A stretch of 64,000 nucleotides of DNA, taken from Vicugna vicugna (Eukaryota). Of the stretch, positions 39,055 through 52,590 are shown piece after piece (the stretch's first letter is position 1; each line of letters opens with the position of its first letter). The position numbers were made by a program, and so were the translations under genes. The DNA lies in the NCBI GenBank assembly GCA_013265495.1, contig MU058687.1, positions 3,784,001-3,848,000 on the forward strand. Direction: 5' to 3'. Below the pieces are notes generated by a model. That model was not told the DNA's origin. It saw only the letters and a list, made by a program, of their open reading frames with translations, and ran no database searches.

Positions 39055-39300
39055 AAGTGGTTTAGAACTGAGGTCTCAGACAGGTCTGGCTGTGTATCCT
39101 GGTCTTGATAGTCACCTACTTGCCATGTGCTCTTTAGCCAGCTACCTAACCTCTCAAGCCTCTCTTTCCTCCTCTGTAGATGGGGATAATAAAAGAGCCT
39201 AGTATATCAAGATGTTCTGATAATTGAAGAAGAGAATAAATATAAAGCACTTAATGTAGTACCCTAATCCAGAGTAAGCTCTCAGTACATGGCAGCTGAG
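39055..39300 (+). mobile_element. MIR SINE
   Basis: acctaacctctcaagcctctctttcctcctctgtagatggggataat...aaagcactta. Confidence 0.8.
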
Positions 39301-41389
39301 AGAATACCGCCAATAAAATAATGGTTGTTAGAAAGGATGATGCTGTTATACATGCAAGTTACCTGGCTAATGATTTACCAGAATAAGTTAGGTCTGAGAG
39401 AATTTTCTTCTTTTGCTACCTAACTGGTTATCAGGTCATTGTTGTGCTTAACATTTAATGTTTTTTAATTAATTAAAATGCATATTTAACCAAAAAAATA
39501 TATATTTAAGATTAATGCCTACCTGTTGTTGAAGATATTGATACTATGGGAAAGCAGAAAGGAAAAGGGCTATTACCCATAATCCTGCTATTCAGACGCA
39601 ACCACTTTTATCATGTCAGTGTATTTCCATCTTACCTTGTTTCTATATGGACTTAGGCTTGGGAAGACACGGAGTGAGGTCCTCACTTTGGCACCAGTTA
39701 TTCAGGGTCTACAATCAAATCTGCCTCTTGCCTGCCCCCCACCCCTACCCCCCAGTCCTTCAGATCAGAGTTCTCTGCAGCAGCACGACAGCTCTCCAAA
39801 CAACCCAGTGGGCTCTTTTCCACTGTCTGACTCTCATTGCTGATGCCCTCTGACTGGACAGTTTCAGCTCCTTTATTTGAAATGTGCTGGAAACTTCTGT
39901 TCCCTGAATACTAACCAGTATCTTTCTTTAAATTGCTGCTCTGTTACTTCTGGACATTTGGTAGGACCAGGTATACTTATAAAAATATTCATATCTCAGA
40001 AGACAGAGGTGGTTTCCTGGCTCTTTCTTGCTTAGTTGATAGTAATCTAAGACCTGCTTAGCTCCCCAAACTTGCTATCCTCTGTGGGCTAAATAAAATC
40101 AGTCAACTAATCAATCACCCTCCATCCTTTGAGGGACGAAGAGGCCCAATGCTTACAATGTTCTGGGAGTAACCGCATCCTCCTCCAGGAATACAGATTG
40201 AGTGCTTACAGTTCACAATCAGCAGTCATTTATTTGGCCATCAACTGCTCCGTGCTGGCCCTGTGTGTGAGGTCCTTTCATGGAAGTGCCTTTATCTCTG
40301 AAGAGAAACAGAGAGCAAAGCATAAAGGACTTGGTTCAGTTGAAACCAAACCTGCCTCAGGTGAGGGGTCTTTGGGGAGTAAGAATGGAATAAGCTGGCA
40401 ACTGTGCACTTGGAACTAGTTGGCATTTTTCTGAATCTGGTCCTGACTTCACTTGGATTTTCCGTGAGTTGAAGTTTACTTTTGCCTCTGGAAGGCTTTC
40501 TACCAAGGTCTAGATAATGCAAATTGATAATGTAAACAAAGCTGTGGGGAAACATGGTACTTACTGCAACATTAAAGACAAATATTTCCTTTATTCCTGC
40601 CACTAAGTAGGTTTTCAACAGAAGTCTGGGGAAATGACTTTAAAAGGTCTTGTAAGTACCTATTGCTTATAGACGATTGATATGCTAATTGACAAGCTTC
40701 TCCTATCTAGTCGTTGAAGCTGGTCCTCCAAAAATTCTATTAGGTAGCCCTGTGGCAGTTTTGCCTATGGGGAGGTAAGAAAATTACCGTTTAAAATGCC
40801 ATTATTTAGTCTTTTTACTAAATTATGTTGGCCTTCCTTATTCCTTACCCCATTAAGCATGCTTGAGGATTTTATAATTGGACAAGCAAAGTGAAACATG
40901 TTTTACACAGGGGGAAGAACTGAAGAGCACCTACAAAGCAACTGGGAAACAAAACCAGTTACTAGGGTGCAGAGCACAGGAATGCTGCTGCGAGCCTAGC
41001 CCCAGTTTGTGACTGGAGGTGTCTGGAGTTAAATGCTGGTGCCCTGGTAGGACTTTGCTTCTGTATCATTCACATGCTTCCTAAAATGGGATATAAAGAA
41101 TTGGAGATGTAAAAATGCCATGGGTGCGCCCATCTGCTATGGATTTAGACAATATTGAAGTATTATAGAAACCCCAAGCCCCTAACAGTAGATTTCTGAG
41201 GTTTTAGGGGAGTCCTAGAAAGTCATGAGAGGCTACATCCTGACCACTAGAACTCCTGGTTGAGCTGTAACCTGGGGTAGGGCTACAGAGTGAACATGAT
41301 TTGTTCATGTTCTACAAATCAGTCCTTACCTGGGATTACACACTGGTCTCCTGGGTTGGACAGGCACTACAAGTGAGCAGCACCATTTA

Positions 41390-41610
41390 CTGAATTGGGA
41401 GTCAAAAGATCTGGGCTCCAGCCCCAGTTCTGCAGGTTCTGGGACCTATGGATCAATCATTTAACCTTCTATGCATCTCTATCACCCTGTGAAATGGAAT
41501 TGAAAAAGTTCACTCTTCTTCCCTCCGTACTTTGTAGATGAGAAATTTGAGGCTCAGAGAGCTTAAATCATTTATCCTACATGATGCAGCTATTAAATGG
41601 TAGAACTACC
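41390..41610. mobile_element. Two MIR fragments in opposite orientation
   Basis: ggagtcaaaagatctgggctccagcccc... then gtagatgagaaatttgaggctcagagag. Confidence 0.6.
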
Positions 41611-42499
41611 AGATACAAGAGTTTTTTGTTAATAAAGATTTATGCAAAGGAAAATACTGTTATTATATGTGCAAAGGCAGTCTTCAGAATCCCACCCAGG
41701 CTAGACTTCCATACATGTGGCCTCCCCTTCCCACTTCTAGAGTTTTGATTTCCTTCTCCCCAGTTCCAGGTGTCCAGTTGCTCTTCTGATGCTTTTACCT
41801 TCCCTCATCCTCTTCCTTACCTGTCCTCTCTTGGATCTGCTGCTTTGGGCAGTTTTTGGTTTCTGACCATGTCAATGAAACTGTTCTGTATGCTGTTTCA
41901 AAATACATCCTCCTAACTTGCTCTTTGCTTTTCTGATACTTTAAGTGGGTTAGTGCATCAGCAGCCCAAGGTGGGCCATTTTCATTGTAGCAGATATTTT
42001 TTGACAGTGCTTTGACCCAAAGTCTAAGAGCTGTGTGTGTTTGGGAAGCCAAGATGTTTTTTAGCTCCAGTAAAATTTTGTAAGCTGGTATATAGCTTCT
42101 GGTAGAAGAGATGGCCTCACTTTGCTGTAGGGTTTAGTTAAGTGTAATTGATAATGTTATGGGACTAATTCAAAGAAAAAAGATGTGTAAGTAAAAGGTA
42201 AAGATGCTGTTAAAAGGGTAAGGCTCAATAATTCCAATTAGAACATTTAAGCAGTATTCAGAGAAGGGTTTTATGTACTCATTATCATGTTTTTAAAAAA
42301 AAGGTTCACCCTATGAGTCTGCTTATGTGAAGTATATCACGAAGAAAAGCAAATTAGGGTATCTGGATTCATCTCCCTCTCCCCTCACTGCTCATCTGCC
42401 GCTAGTCCAGCCAGTGATCCTTCTGAGGAGCTCTTGTAGGCATTCTCACTTTTCCATCCACAAGGCTAAGATCATGCTATTAGCCTGCCCATCTTTCCT

Positions 42500-42940
42500 G
42501 GTGTTCTGACCAATTTTCTCATCTCCAAGCCTTCCATGCTTCAGTCAAACTTAGTTTTCGTGTCTCAACTCTTGACACCCATCCAATGCAGCCCATGTTC
42601 TAGCCACACAGAACTTACTGATTTTACTAGTACACTTTTTTTTTTGGTGCACTGCACATAACATGTCTTCTTTCTTTACCCCTCTGATTTATAACTGCTT
42701 CCTCATCCTTGCAGATATTGCTCAAACGTTACCTCCTTGGGATGCTTTTTGTGAAATAGTTAAGTGGTTCTTACAACTTCTATTCCATTTGTTATAGCAC
42801 TTATTACATTGCATTGTAATTATTTGCTTTGCTTATCTTTTCTAACCACTAGACTCAATTTTCTGTAGTACTTATCATAATGCCTAATAAAAGTGTTTTG
42901 CAAATGAATGAATAAATGAGCAAATGAATGAGTGATGAAC
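42500..42940 (+). mobile_element. L2 3' region
   Basis: tatagcacttattacattgcattgtaatt...aatgaatgaataaatgagcaaatgaatgagtg tail. Confidence 0.75.
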
Positions 42941-43324
42941 AAATCTCAGTTTTGCACCATCCTCATACTTTGATCAATGTCAATCAATCACCACACTAAA
43001 TTTAAAGTCTATAATCTACATACCAGAAGAGGAACATAATGGGAAGAGTGAGAATCACTGGTCTGCCGTGATTGTCTACAGATCTATAAGGTTGGACTTG
43101 ACCGTAAACTTTGGAAACAGTGCCTTCAAGCCAGAGGTAAAGGTCTGGATGGATCAAGCTCCTTCTATACTGTATTGTACACAATGGAAAGTCATCAGTC
43201 AATGAAAGGATTATCTAGCAAACTGCAGAGTATCTACATTTGATACCAATGTGAAGACAAAAATTAGATTACCCCCATTTTCCCTAAGAGTTTATATTCC
43301 TTCTGGGAAGTTAGACTTATGAAA

Positions 43325-43790
43325 ATGACAAATGCTTACATAGGGCTTATTATGTATCAGGTATTGTTCTAAGTTATAATTATGGTAACACATTTGACCC
43401 TCACTGAAACCATAGAAGATAGGCACTCGTATTATCCCGCATTTTGTAGGAAATGACAGCACAGGGAGTGACAGATCTGAAGTCATGGGTAGGATGACTA
43501 GGCATTCTGCCTGCAGTCTGTCTCCTAATCCATACTGTGACATACACACAGTGACATAATTATACTCCACAGAATTGCAGGACAATATGAGAGAATGTGG
43601 CATGGAGGAAAGCATATTTTCTATGGAGTCAGGTAGTCCTAGATTTTATTTCTAGTTTTATCACTTGCAAGATATCACTTGTTGTGCATGTCATGAGAGT
43701 TCTTTGAGATCTTCCCCAAAAATAAGGTCATGATAAGGTATGTTTAAAATGTGTGCAGGTTCTCACACATAGTAGGTGTTCGAATATTTA
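43325..43790. mobile_element. MIR(-) followed by MIR(+)
   Basis: ggtattgttctaag...attatcccgcattttgtagg; tggagtcagg...cacatagtaggtgttc. Confidence 0.65.
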
Positions 43791-45854
43791 TTTCTGATTT
43801 TTTTCTCAATAAACAGTTCTCTTTCCCTTCCTCTTGAATCAAGTTAGGTAAATATGTGTTATAAAAAATAAATGGCAGTGTATCATAATGCAGAAGACAT
43901 TAGAAGAGACAAGTAGGAATGATTAGGGCAGTAAGCTTAGGTAGAATAATGAATCAGTCCTGGGTTAACACACCCAAGACTCTATCAAATATTCAAGGCA
44001 TCACCATAGCTCTGGACTTTCTGAAAAGGAAATATCTAAACTGCTGTGCAGTCTCAAGACCCAGATACCCTTGTCCTGTTTAAACCCTGAACTTTAACGT
44101 TTGAAGTATTTCCAATATATTAAACATTACAGGTCAGGGATGCCAAGTCCAAAGGAAGAGGGAGGCTTTCACAGTGGAGATGTGTGTTTCTCTGAGGTCA
44201 GAGAGGACAGTGGTTGTCAGGAGGGTGGGAGCGGGAGGGCTGAGATGGGGAAGGTGCTGTTTAGAGTACAGCAACCTTAGGCAGTTAGCCAGGAAGCAGG
44301 TGCCACCGAGGAGGCACACAGGATCCAGCAGCAGCCCACGGAAACTGTCTTTTGGCCTTAACGTCCTCTTATTGAGCTGACAAGTAGATATTCCACCTGT
44401 GTGGAGATAGCTTAATGCAAAATAGCTGTGCTTAAATGTCTACGTACTTACCAGAAATCTGTAAACCAAGGACAAAGCCATGTGGTTGTGTATCCTTTCC
44501 GCAGTGCATGTGAATTACAGCTGTTCCCAGAGACAGCACTTGTATTATGTGCATCTCCTGGATGAAACAGAGATCTTAAAAGTGTCCATTCTTCCTTCAA
44601 TGTGGTGATCCAACAGCAGAGGCAGGGCTACTGATTGTGAGGGAGTGGGAGTAGGAAACCATGGTGTGATGGAAATGCCAGGCGCAAGAGGACAGCTTGT
44701 GCCATCTGCAAGGGAGAGGGAGCCCTCCTGAATCCCTGGGAGAGCCACTGAAATGGAATTGATAAGAGAGGTGGGAGAACTCAGCAACCACTTTTACTGT
44801 GTTGTCTCTATAGGAGAGAAGACTTGGATGTTACAGGCTTTTAGCTTGGACCTGAAGGAGGCTGCTAACTGATGCTGCCAGAATAATAATTGCAATATAC
44901 TTTTTAAAAAAATTTTGGCTTTAAATGTGTGTTCTTTCTCAGTATTGAGAATGTGAGTTATCAAGTTTTTGTGATTTGTTTGAAAAATAGAAGCTGGATA
45001 GTTAGAACCTCATATAAGTATAAAAATGGGGTGGTAAAAAATAGATCCCTAGTGGATCTTAAGGCGTCCCACATGCTGATACCTGTTAATTACAGTGGGC
45101 ATTAGAATGAGAAAATAATACTGTGAACATTATATGCGAAGGTCTTAGATTCTTTGACCACATACCAGGTGAGAGAAACGACTTCTACAGTGCTATAGGT
45201 TGAACCAGAAGTGTTTATTTGCCTACAGGGGGCTTTGACTCCAAGCAAATCTTTAGTATGAATTTTAGGATTGTTATCACTTAAAATAGGAAAGCTTCAT
45301 TAATCAGTGGTAGTTAAAAGTAAGAGTTAGTGAGAGCATATCAAATTATATCATATATACAGTTCATAATTATTTTAATGCTTTAAAAAATGCACAGTTA
45401 CTAAAAAAAAATTTCCGTAAAAACTATGCTACAACCAGTATAAGGTTATACGCTATTTGAGATATGTTCTACGATTAATCACCACCAATTAGTAGCAGCT
45501 GAAATCAAAATAGTAGTATCTGTGAGGAAATAGCCTTAAACATGCCAACTATTTAAAACTATTTAAAACTCAAAGCCATATGGGGAAAATGTCTTTATTA
45601 ATTATAAAACATTTCCCATCCTGATTTCAAAAGAAATCTAACTGTCCTTGAGTTTCAGTTGTAACACGCTCAAGTAAAAATAAATTATTTCATATTTCAT
45701 ACTGGCAGGGACTTAAACCTTTTGATAGATTTACATTTGCTAAACTCCCTGTAATTAACCTTCTTATAAATGAAGCCTCTAACTCAGCAATACTGTCCGT
45801 TACGTCTCCTGGAGCTGTGAAAAGTGAAAACCCAGCTCTACGTCCCTTAAATAT

Positions 45855-46295
45855 GTTAGAATCGTGGAGTTGGAAGGGGCTTTGGAAGTTACCCAGTAGT
45901 CAAAATTCCCAAAAAAGAGTTGTGATTCCTTGTACAGCTGACCCTTAAGATGGTTATCTAGTTTAGCTTAACCAGCTTCAGTAATGGGGAATGCACTATA
46001 CTTCACTGTTGAAGAATTTCTAGTTATTAGAAAATTCTTCTAATAAATAGTGGGGGCAAATTTGTCTCTTTGCAAGGTGACTGTAGGAGTGCCATTTGAA
46101 ACAACATGGGACATGTTTATCTACTCCCTCTTCCAATAAACAAAACTTTAAATATTTGAAGAGTGATCATCTCATCTTTCAGTATCTCTGATCTCAGCTC
46201 CCTCAGTTGTTCAGCATCTTTATGGTTATAAATGTTTCACCATCCTACTGCAAGCACTTTCTAATTTGTCAGTATTCTTATTAAGATGTTTCAGG
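45855..46295 (-). mobile_element. Ancient CR1/L3-like fragment
   Basis: ttagaatcgtggagttggaaggggctttggaag...tctagttattagaaaattcttcta. Confidence 0.5.
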
Positions 46296-46299
46296 ACAT

Positions 46300-46670
46300 G
46301 ATTCATCCATTCATTACATGCCTATTAAGCTGTAGGAACTGGAGATACAAATGGTCAATAAGACAGACAAGGTCTCCATTATCAAAGGTATAGGCAAAAA
46401 ATAAGCAAATAAATAAGTTTATAATTTGTATTCAGGTAATGTTTTCTGAAAGAAACGTACAGTAAAGGATAGAAAGTTTTGGCAATAGAAAAGGGCTGTT
46501 TTACAGAGGTGGTATTTTAGATAGATAGGGTAGTCAGGGACGATCTCTCTGAGTAAGCAGCATTTGACCCAAGACATGAATGCAATGCAATGTACGTGCA
46601 ATAGTCTTGAGGAAGGGTATTCCAGGTGGGGAATAGCAATTGCAAAGGCTCTGAGGTGGGAATGATGTGA
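46300..46670 (-). mobile_element. L2 3' region
   Basis: attcatccattcatt...agacagacaaggtctc...gcaaaggctctgaggtggga. Confidence 0.75.
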
Positions 46671-48376
46671 CAGAAGTTACTAATGGATGGGCATTCTTAG
46701 CTTTTCTCCCTTTCCATGACTGACAAGGAACCCTTTAAAGCTAACTTGACTTGGTTCAATCTCATTGCAAATTCTCCTTTCTGCCTGTTTAACTTCTCTC
46801 CTCCTTAGCCCATGCTGCATGCATGTGCAAACACATACACAGACACACACGTTCTCCTAAAGATAGTATCGCCTCTGCTAGGGCAGTTTTTAGGAATTCT
46901 GTGGCACAGAATTGAAAGACTGAAGAGAGAGAAAGGACTAGAATGGCAGGAGGCAAATGTATATGCTTAGCCAGGGAGGCAGTACTGGAAGTTGCAAACT
47001 CAAATTCTCACAGAAGCTTAGGATAACAAAGAAGTAATGCAGGTTGGTGTAATGCAGTGAAGTCTCATGGCTCCAATTGTGCCATACCCCATATAAACAG
47101 ATCAGCTCCTACTCAGCTAGAGAATATTGGCTGGAATGCATAATGCAAACTCAGTATTGCCGTATGTCTCAATTTTTCAAGAACAGTAATAGATCTGTTT
47201 TTTTATGTGATATTTTCCAATTTCAAAAGCACTGCCATAGGGACTGTCACTTCCAGGAAGATGAGGTAGACATAGTTGTCTCTGTTCTCATCTGTTAAGT
47301 ATTACTAAAACTCCTGGATATTATATATAAAATATAAGAAGACTCTGAAAGGTAGAGAGAAAAGGTAAATACGTTAAGCACCTTGGAACCCCAGAAAATG
47401 TAGTTTTCTATGGCAAGTTACCTTGGTTTCCTTTTTGCCTCCTGTATTCCAGACTTGGTGCTAAAGGAGCTGTAAAGCTAGAAACACCGATGGGCGTAGA
47501 CAAAGGGCCCCAAGAAATGCCTACTCTGTTTAGCTCCCAAACAGGAAAGGGGAAGCCCAGCAAGACAGGAAAAATTTAGAAATAACTGTTCTATTCCAGT
47601 CAAATAGCACATTAGTATTTAAGACAATTGTGTAATAAATAGGAGAGGGTAAAGAAAGATAAAGTTTCTGTACTCCACTTGAACTGATAAAGTAATGACA
47701 CTAAGTAGTTTGTGATCAGTTATGTGTATGTATTATGTAATGTCTAGAATAACCACTTTAAAAAGCTACCCAAAGAGATATACTCCAAAACAATATAATT
47801 GTAAAAAATGTTCAAATAATTAGAAAATCAGGAAAAAGAAGACAGAAAAATGAAAAACAGAATAAACAACAAAATGATAGGCTTAAGCCTTAACATATCA
47901 ATAATTACATTAAATGTAAAAGAAATAAGTGATCTCAGTACACCAGTTAAAGAGCACAGACTGTCAGGATGGATTAAAAATGTGGCCCAAATATATTCTA
48001 GCTGTAAGAAACCCACTTTCAATATAATAATATAAGCAGGATGAAAGTAAAATGATGGGAAAAGATATGTCACACCAACATTAATCTAAAGAAAGTAGGA
48101 GTGGCTATATTAATATAAGATAAACTAGACTTCAGCACATAGACTGTAACCTGAGACAAAGAGGGACATTATTTAATGGTAAAAGAGTCAGTGCACCCAG
48201 AAGACATAGCAATCCTAAATGTGTATGCACCATACAACAGAGCTGCACATTACGTGAAGCAAAAACTTACAGAAACTGTAAAGGAGAAACACACAAATCC
48301 ACAGTTATAGTTGGAGACTTCACACTCTCCTCAACACGTTGATAGAACAACCGGACTGGAAATCAGCAAGGATCTA

Positions 48377-48758
48377 TGTATTACTCTGCTAGGGCTGCCA
48401 TGACAAGATACCACGGCCTGGGTGGCTTAAACAACAGAAACTTATTTTCTCAGTCCCAGTTCTGGAGGACAGAAGTTAAAGATCAACATGTCAGCAGATT
48501 TGGTTTCTCCAGAGGCCTAGCTTTTTGGCTTGCAGAGGGCCACCCTCCCACTGTGTCCTCTGTCTGTACATACTTCCCTAGTGTCTCTTTCTCTTCTTGT
48601 AAGAAAACCAATTTTATTGGATTAGGGCCCCAACCTGATGACCTATATTAACCTTAATTAGCTCTTTAAAGGCCCTATTTCCAAATAAAGTCACTTTGAG
48701 GTTACAGCTTCAACACGTGAATTTTTTTGAGAGCAGGGACACGATTAAGTACATCACA
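48377..48758 (-). mobile_element. MLT1A/B MaLR solo LTR nested in L1 ORF2
   Basis: tgtatta...ctagggctgccatgacaagataccac...ggtggcttaaacaacagaaa...ttggattagggccc; TG..CA ends; degenerate 5-bp TSD atcta/ataca. Confidence 0.9.
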
Positions 48759-49444
48759 ATACAGAAGAACTCAACAATACCATCAAGCGATAGGATCTAG
48801 TTGACATTTATATAACATTTCACCCAGCAGCAGCAGAACACACATTGTTTTCAAGTGTTCATGAAACATATACCATAGTCGATTATATTCTGGGACATAA
48901 AACACACCTCAACAGATTTAGAATAATTGAAATTATACAGAATGTGTTCACCAACCAAAATGGGATCAAACTAGAAATCAATAATAGAAAGATAACAGGA
49001 AATTCTCCAAATGCTTGTAAACTAAACCAGATTCTTTTAAATAACCCATGAGTCAAAGAGGAGGTTTTAAGAAATTAAATAGTATATTAAACATAATGGA
49101 AATAAAAATATAATATACCAAAATTTGTGTGACACAGACAAAACAATGCTGAGAGGCACATTTATAGAACTAAATGTGTGTGTGAGAAAACAGAAAAAGT
49201 TTCAAATTAATAATCTAAACTCACACCCAAAGAATCTACAGAGCAAAGAGCAAAATAAATCCAAAACAAGTAGGAGAAAGGAAAGATAAGGGCAAAATCA
49301 ATGGAACTGAAATTAGAAAGCACAATTTAGAAAATCAATAAAGAAATGGTTCCTTGAAAAGATCAAGAAAATCGACAAACCTCTATCTTGGCTGATAAAG
49401 AAAAAAAGAGAAGATACAAATTACCAATATCAAAAATGAAACAG

Positions 49445-49521
49445 ACTAACACAACATTGTAAATCAATTATACTTCAATAAAAAACATGATGATGTAGAT
49501 ACTAGGAGAAAGATGGAGTAA
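49445..49521 (+). mobile_element. Extremely 5'-truncated young L1 tail plus a short extra segment
   Basis: actaacacaacattgtaaatcaattatacttcaataaaaaa matches the reverse complement of the L1 end near 13163..13197; flanked by aaaaatgaa(ac/gt)aga repeats. Confidence 0.75.
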
Positions 49522-50759
49522 AAAAATGAAGTAGAGGATATCATTACAGACACTGTAGGTAACAAAAGGTAATAAGGGAACACTACAAATTAACCTTACA
49601 CACAAATTTCATAACTTGTAAGAAGAGGACCACTTTCTGAAAAAACACTATCTACCACAACTCAGGCAATATGAAATGGATAATATGAACAGACATATAA
49701 CTATTAAGGAAATTGATTCTGTAATTTTAAAACTCCCCCCAAAGAAATCTCCAGGTTCAGATGGTTGCATTGGAGAATGCTACCAAACAGAAAATTAACA
49801 CCAATTGTTTACGTTCTTTTCTAGAAAATGAAAAAGGAAGTTTATTTCATGAGGTGCATATCAGTATCTTTGATGAATATGGACACAAAAATCTTATCAA
49901 AATATTAGCCAGTATAACTCGGCAATATATAAAAAGAATTATGCACCATGGACAAGTAGGGTACAAGGCTGTCTCAATATTAGAAAATCAATCAGTATAA
50001 TCTACCATATTAACAGGCTAAAGAAGGAAAATCATATGACCATAATGATTGATACAGAAAAAGCACTTGACAAAATTTCATACCCATTCATGATAAAAAT
50101 GCTCAGAAAAATAAGAACAAAGGGGAACTTCTTCAACCTGATAAAGAGCATCTACCAAACACCTAAAAGTAACATTACACTTAGTGGTGTGTGGCTGAAT
50201 ACTTTCTGCCAAGATCAGGAGCAAGCCAAGGATGTATGCTCTAGCTGCTCCTATTCAACATAGTGGTGGAAGTTCTAGCCAATGGAACAAGTCAGAAAGG
50301 AACAAAAGGCATAAAAACTGCAAAGGAAGAAATAAAGCTGTCTTAATTTGTAGATGACATGATTGTCTACATAGAAAATCCCAAGAAATCTACCCCCTCA
50401 AAAATTGTCCTAGAACTAATAAGTAAGTTTATCAGTGTCACAGGATACGATATAAACATACAAAAATCAGTTGTGTTTCTATATTAGCGATAAGCACATG
50501 GACATCGAAATTGAAAATATAATATTACTTATAATTGCTCAAGAAATGAAATGCTTTGGTATAAATCTAACAAAACATATGCATGACTTGTGCGCTGAAA
50601 ACCACACAATGCTGATGAAAGAGATCAAAGAGACATATGGAGAGCCATAGTGTGTCATGGATTGAAGGATTCAACATTGGAAGGATGTCATTTTTCCCCA
50701 GATTGATACCCAGGTTTTAGTGGTTTAAATTGTACCCTCCCTCCATCCCCATGACATAT

Positions 50760-51288
50760 TGACAGATGACTGGATAAGAAGTTGCATTATATTTATAGAG
50801 TGGAATACTATTCTGCCATAAGAAGGAATAAAATAATGCCATTTGCAGCAAGCAACATGGATGATCTAGACATCATCATTCTAAGTGGGGTAAGCCAGAA
50901 AGAAAGAAAATTACCATATCACTCATATGTGGAATTTAAAAAAAAAAGGGACACTAAACTCATCTTCAAAACTGAAACAGATTCTCAGAATTAGTAAACA
51001 ATCTTATGGTTACCAGGGAAAATGGGTGGGAGGGGATAAATTTGGGAGTTTGAGATTAACAAATGTTAGTTTTTCACTATGTATAAAAATAGATTTAAAA
51101 ACAAAAAAGTTTCTTTTGTATAACTCAGGGAACTGTGTTCAATATCTTGTAATAACCGTTAATGGAAAAAATATGAAAACAAATATATGTATGTATATGC
51201 ATGACTGGGACATTGTGCTATACACCAGAGATTGACACATTGTAATTGACTGTACTTCAATAAAAATAAAAATTAAAGAAAAAGAAAA
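50760..51288 (+). mobile_element. Young L1 3' UTR with A-rich tail (camelid-like by recall)
   Basis: tggaatactattctgccataagaag...aataatgccatttgcagca ... gtgctatacaccagagattgacacattgtaattgactgtacttcaataaaaa. Confidence 0.9.
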
Positions 51289-52419
51289 TCTTGTGGTTAT
51301 AGTTAATCCTGGAAAGAGCCTGAGGTATATGTATAGGAGAGTCAAGGAGAAACGGCCAAATGTGCATATACTAACAGTAGTGGACATTGCTTTGCAGACC
51401 TTGCTATCCATTTACTACTGGCATGTAGTCATAGTTATTGGACCCTTTTCCTAGTAAGGAAAAACTTAGTTCTGAGGAGGCCCCTGTTCCCTTCCTTCTT
51501 TCCAGTTTTTATCTAGGATTCTAAGGTAACAGTGCTTAGGATACATAAGGAGACATTGTTTCTTGGAACCAGTGAGGCTGGATGGAGGTATTTGATGAGG
51601 TGGTGCAAGACCAGGATGATCTCTCTGACCTAAGAGCACACTGCAAAGGGGGATGGGGGGACCCTCTCTCCATCTGCTAATCATGGTCAATCTGTGTGTT
51701 CATGTGCCATTTAAGCCACTGACTACTTGTTCTCGGCAGAGGGTGAATGAGCTCAGGTGGGCGGAATTGAAAGATAATGAGAATGATTAATCAAATTTCT
51801 TCCAGTAAAGGGTGCCATGTGCCAGACTCTGTCCTGGATAACCCTCCTACATGTGAATCAGGGGCCAGGCTCTGCCCTCAGGTGTCTGGTGTCTGAGAGT
51901 AGACATCTGTGCTTAGAGCAGACTGGGAATGACTGGAGGCCACTTTTGGCGTGGTGTCTTTGCTTCATCAGGCAGCTCTGCCAAGGTTTGTTCACAGCCT
52001 CCCCTGGCTATGCTCATTTAGTTATGGGAAACAGGGTCAACATGAGCAGTGGGAAATGCAGTGAGCTGCTGGGGCAAGATGGCCCCAGTGGTAAGCCTCT
52101 TGCACATTGAAAGCCCATGGGGTAACGAAAAATCCAATGTGGTTTAAAACCAGTGTAGAGAAATACCTGGAGAATAAATCACTCTGTTGTTGACATATTT
52201 ACCTATCTAATTATATCCATCTATCTGGTTTATCTTTTATCTAATATAATTTAAAATAAATAGCTAGGAATGAGTTGATCTGAGACGACCTGGTTATTGA
52301 AGTTTTAGGATTCCATGATAAGATCTCTACAATATGTGTAATAACCTGTTTTAGGGGACAAATCTTATCTACAATGTAAAGTAAAATTCAATAAGACATA
52401 TGAACTTAAATCTATTCAC

Positions 52420-52590
52420 TTTGAGGTCAGTAGTCAGTCTGGTTCTACTCTAGACTCTGAAATTAAAGAATTAGAATTTTGAGATTAATTTCCCTCACCA
52501 GTAAGATATGGATAATAATATCTATCTGCCAGAGGCAGATAAGGTGGAAAATGATGCCTGATGCATAGTAGGTGCTTAGCAAATGTTAAT
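52420..52590 (+). mobile_element. MIR SINE
   Basis: atggataataatatcta...tgcctgatgcatagtaggtgcttagcaaatgtt. Confidence 0.6.

Larger units (their letters stand above)
47240..50715 (+). mobile_element. Old L1M (L1MC/MD-like): 5' remnant plus degraded ORF2
   Basis: Endonuclease and RT peptides in the ORF track (ISIITLNV..LSTPVK..RLSGWIK; FSSVHETYTIVDYILGHKT; IDTEKALDKI.YPFMIK) with many stops and frameshifts. Confidence 0.9.

Noticed and set aside
41122..41142. CTCF-like gcgcccatctgcta
   Set aside because: Spacing is off by one base and the CC core is missing.
41795..42052. 85-aa minus-strand ORF with a cag|gtaagg donor-like site
   Set aside because: No recognisable homology or matching acceptor.
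49486..49519. ATGATGA as a C/D snoRNA box C
   Set aside because: No box D (CTGA) or terminal stem within the inserted segment.
47828..50263. L1 ORF2 peptides as an active retroelement or domesticated RT
   Set aside because: Fragmented by stops, frameshifts, deletions and nested insertions; ORF1 missing.
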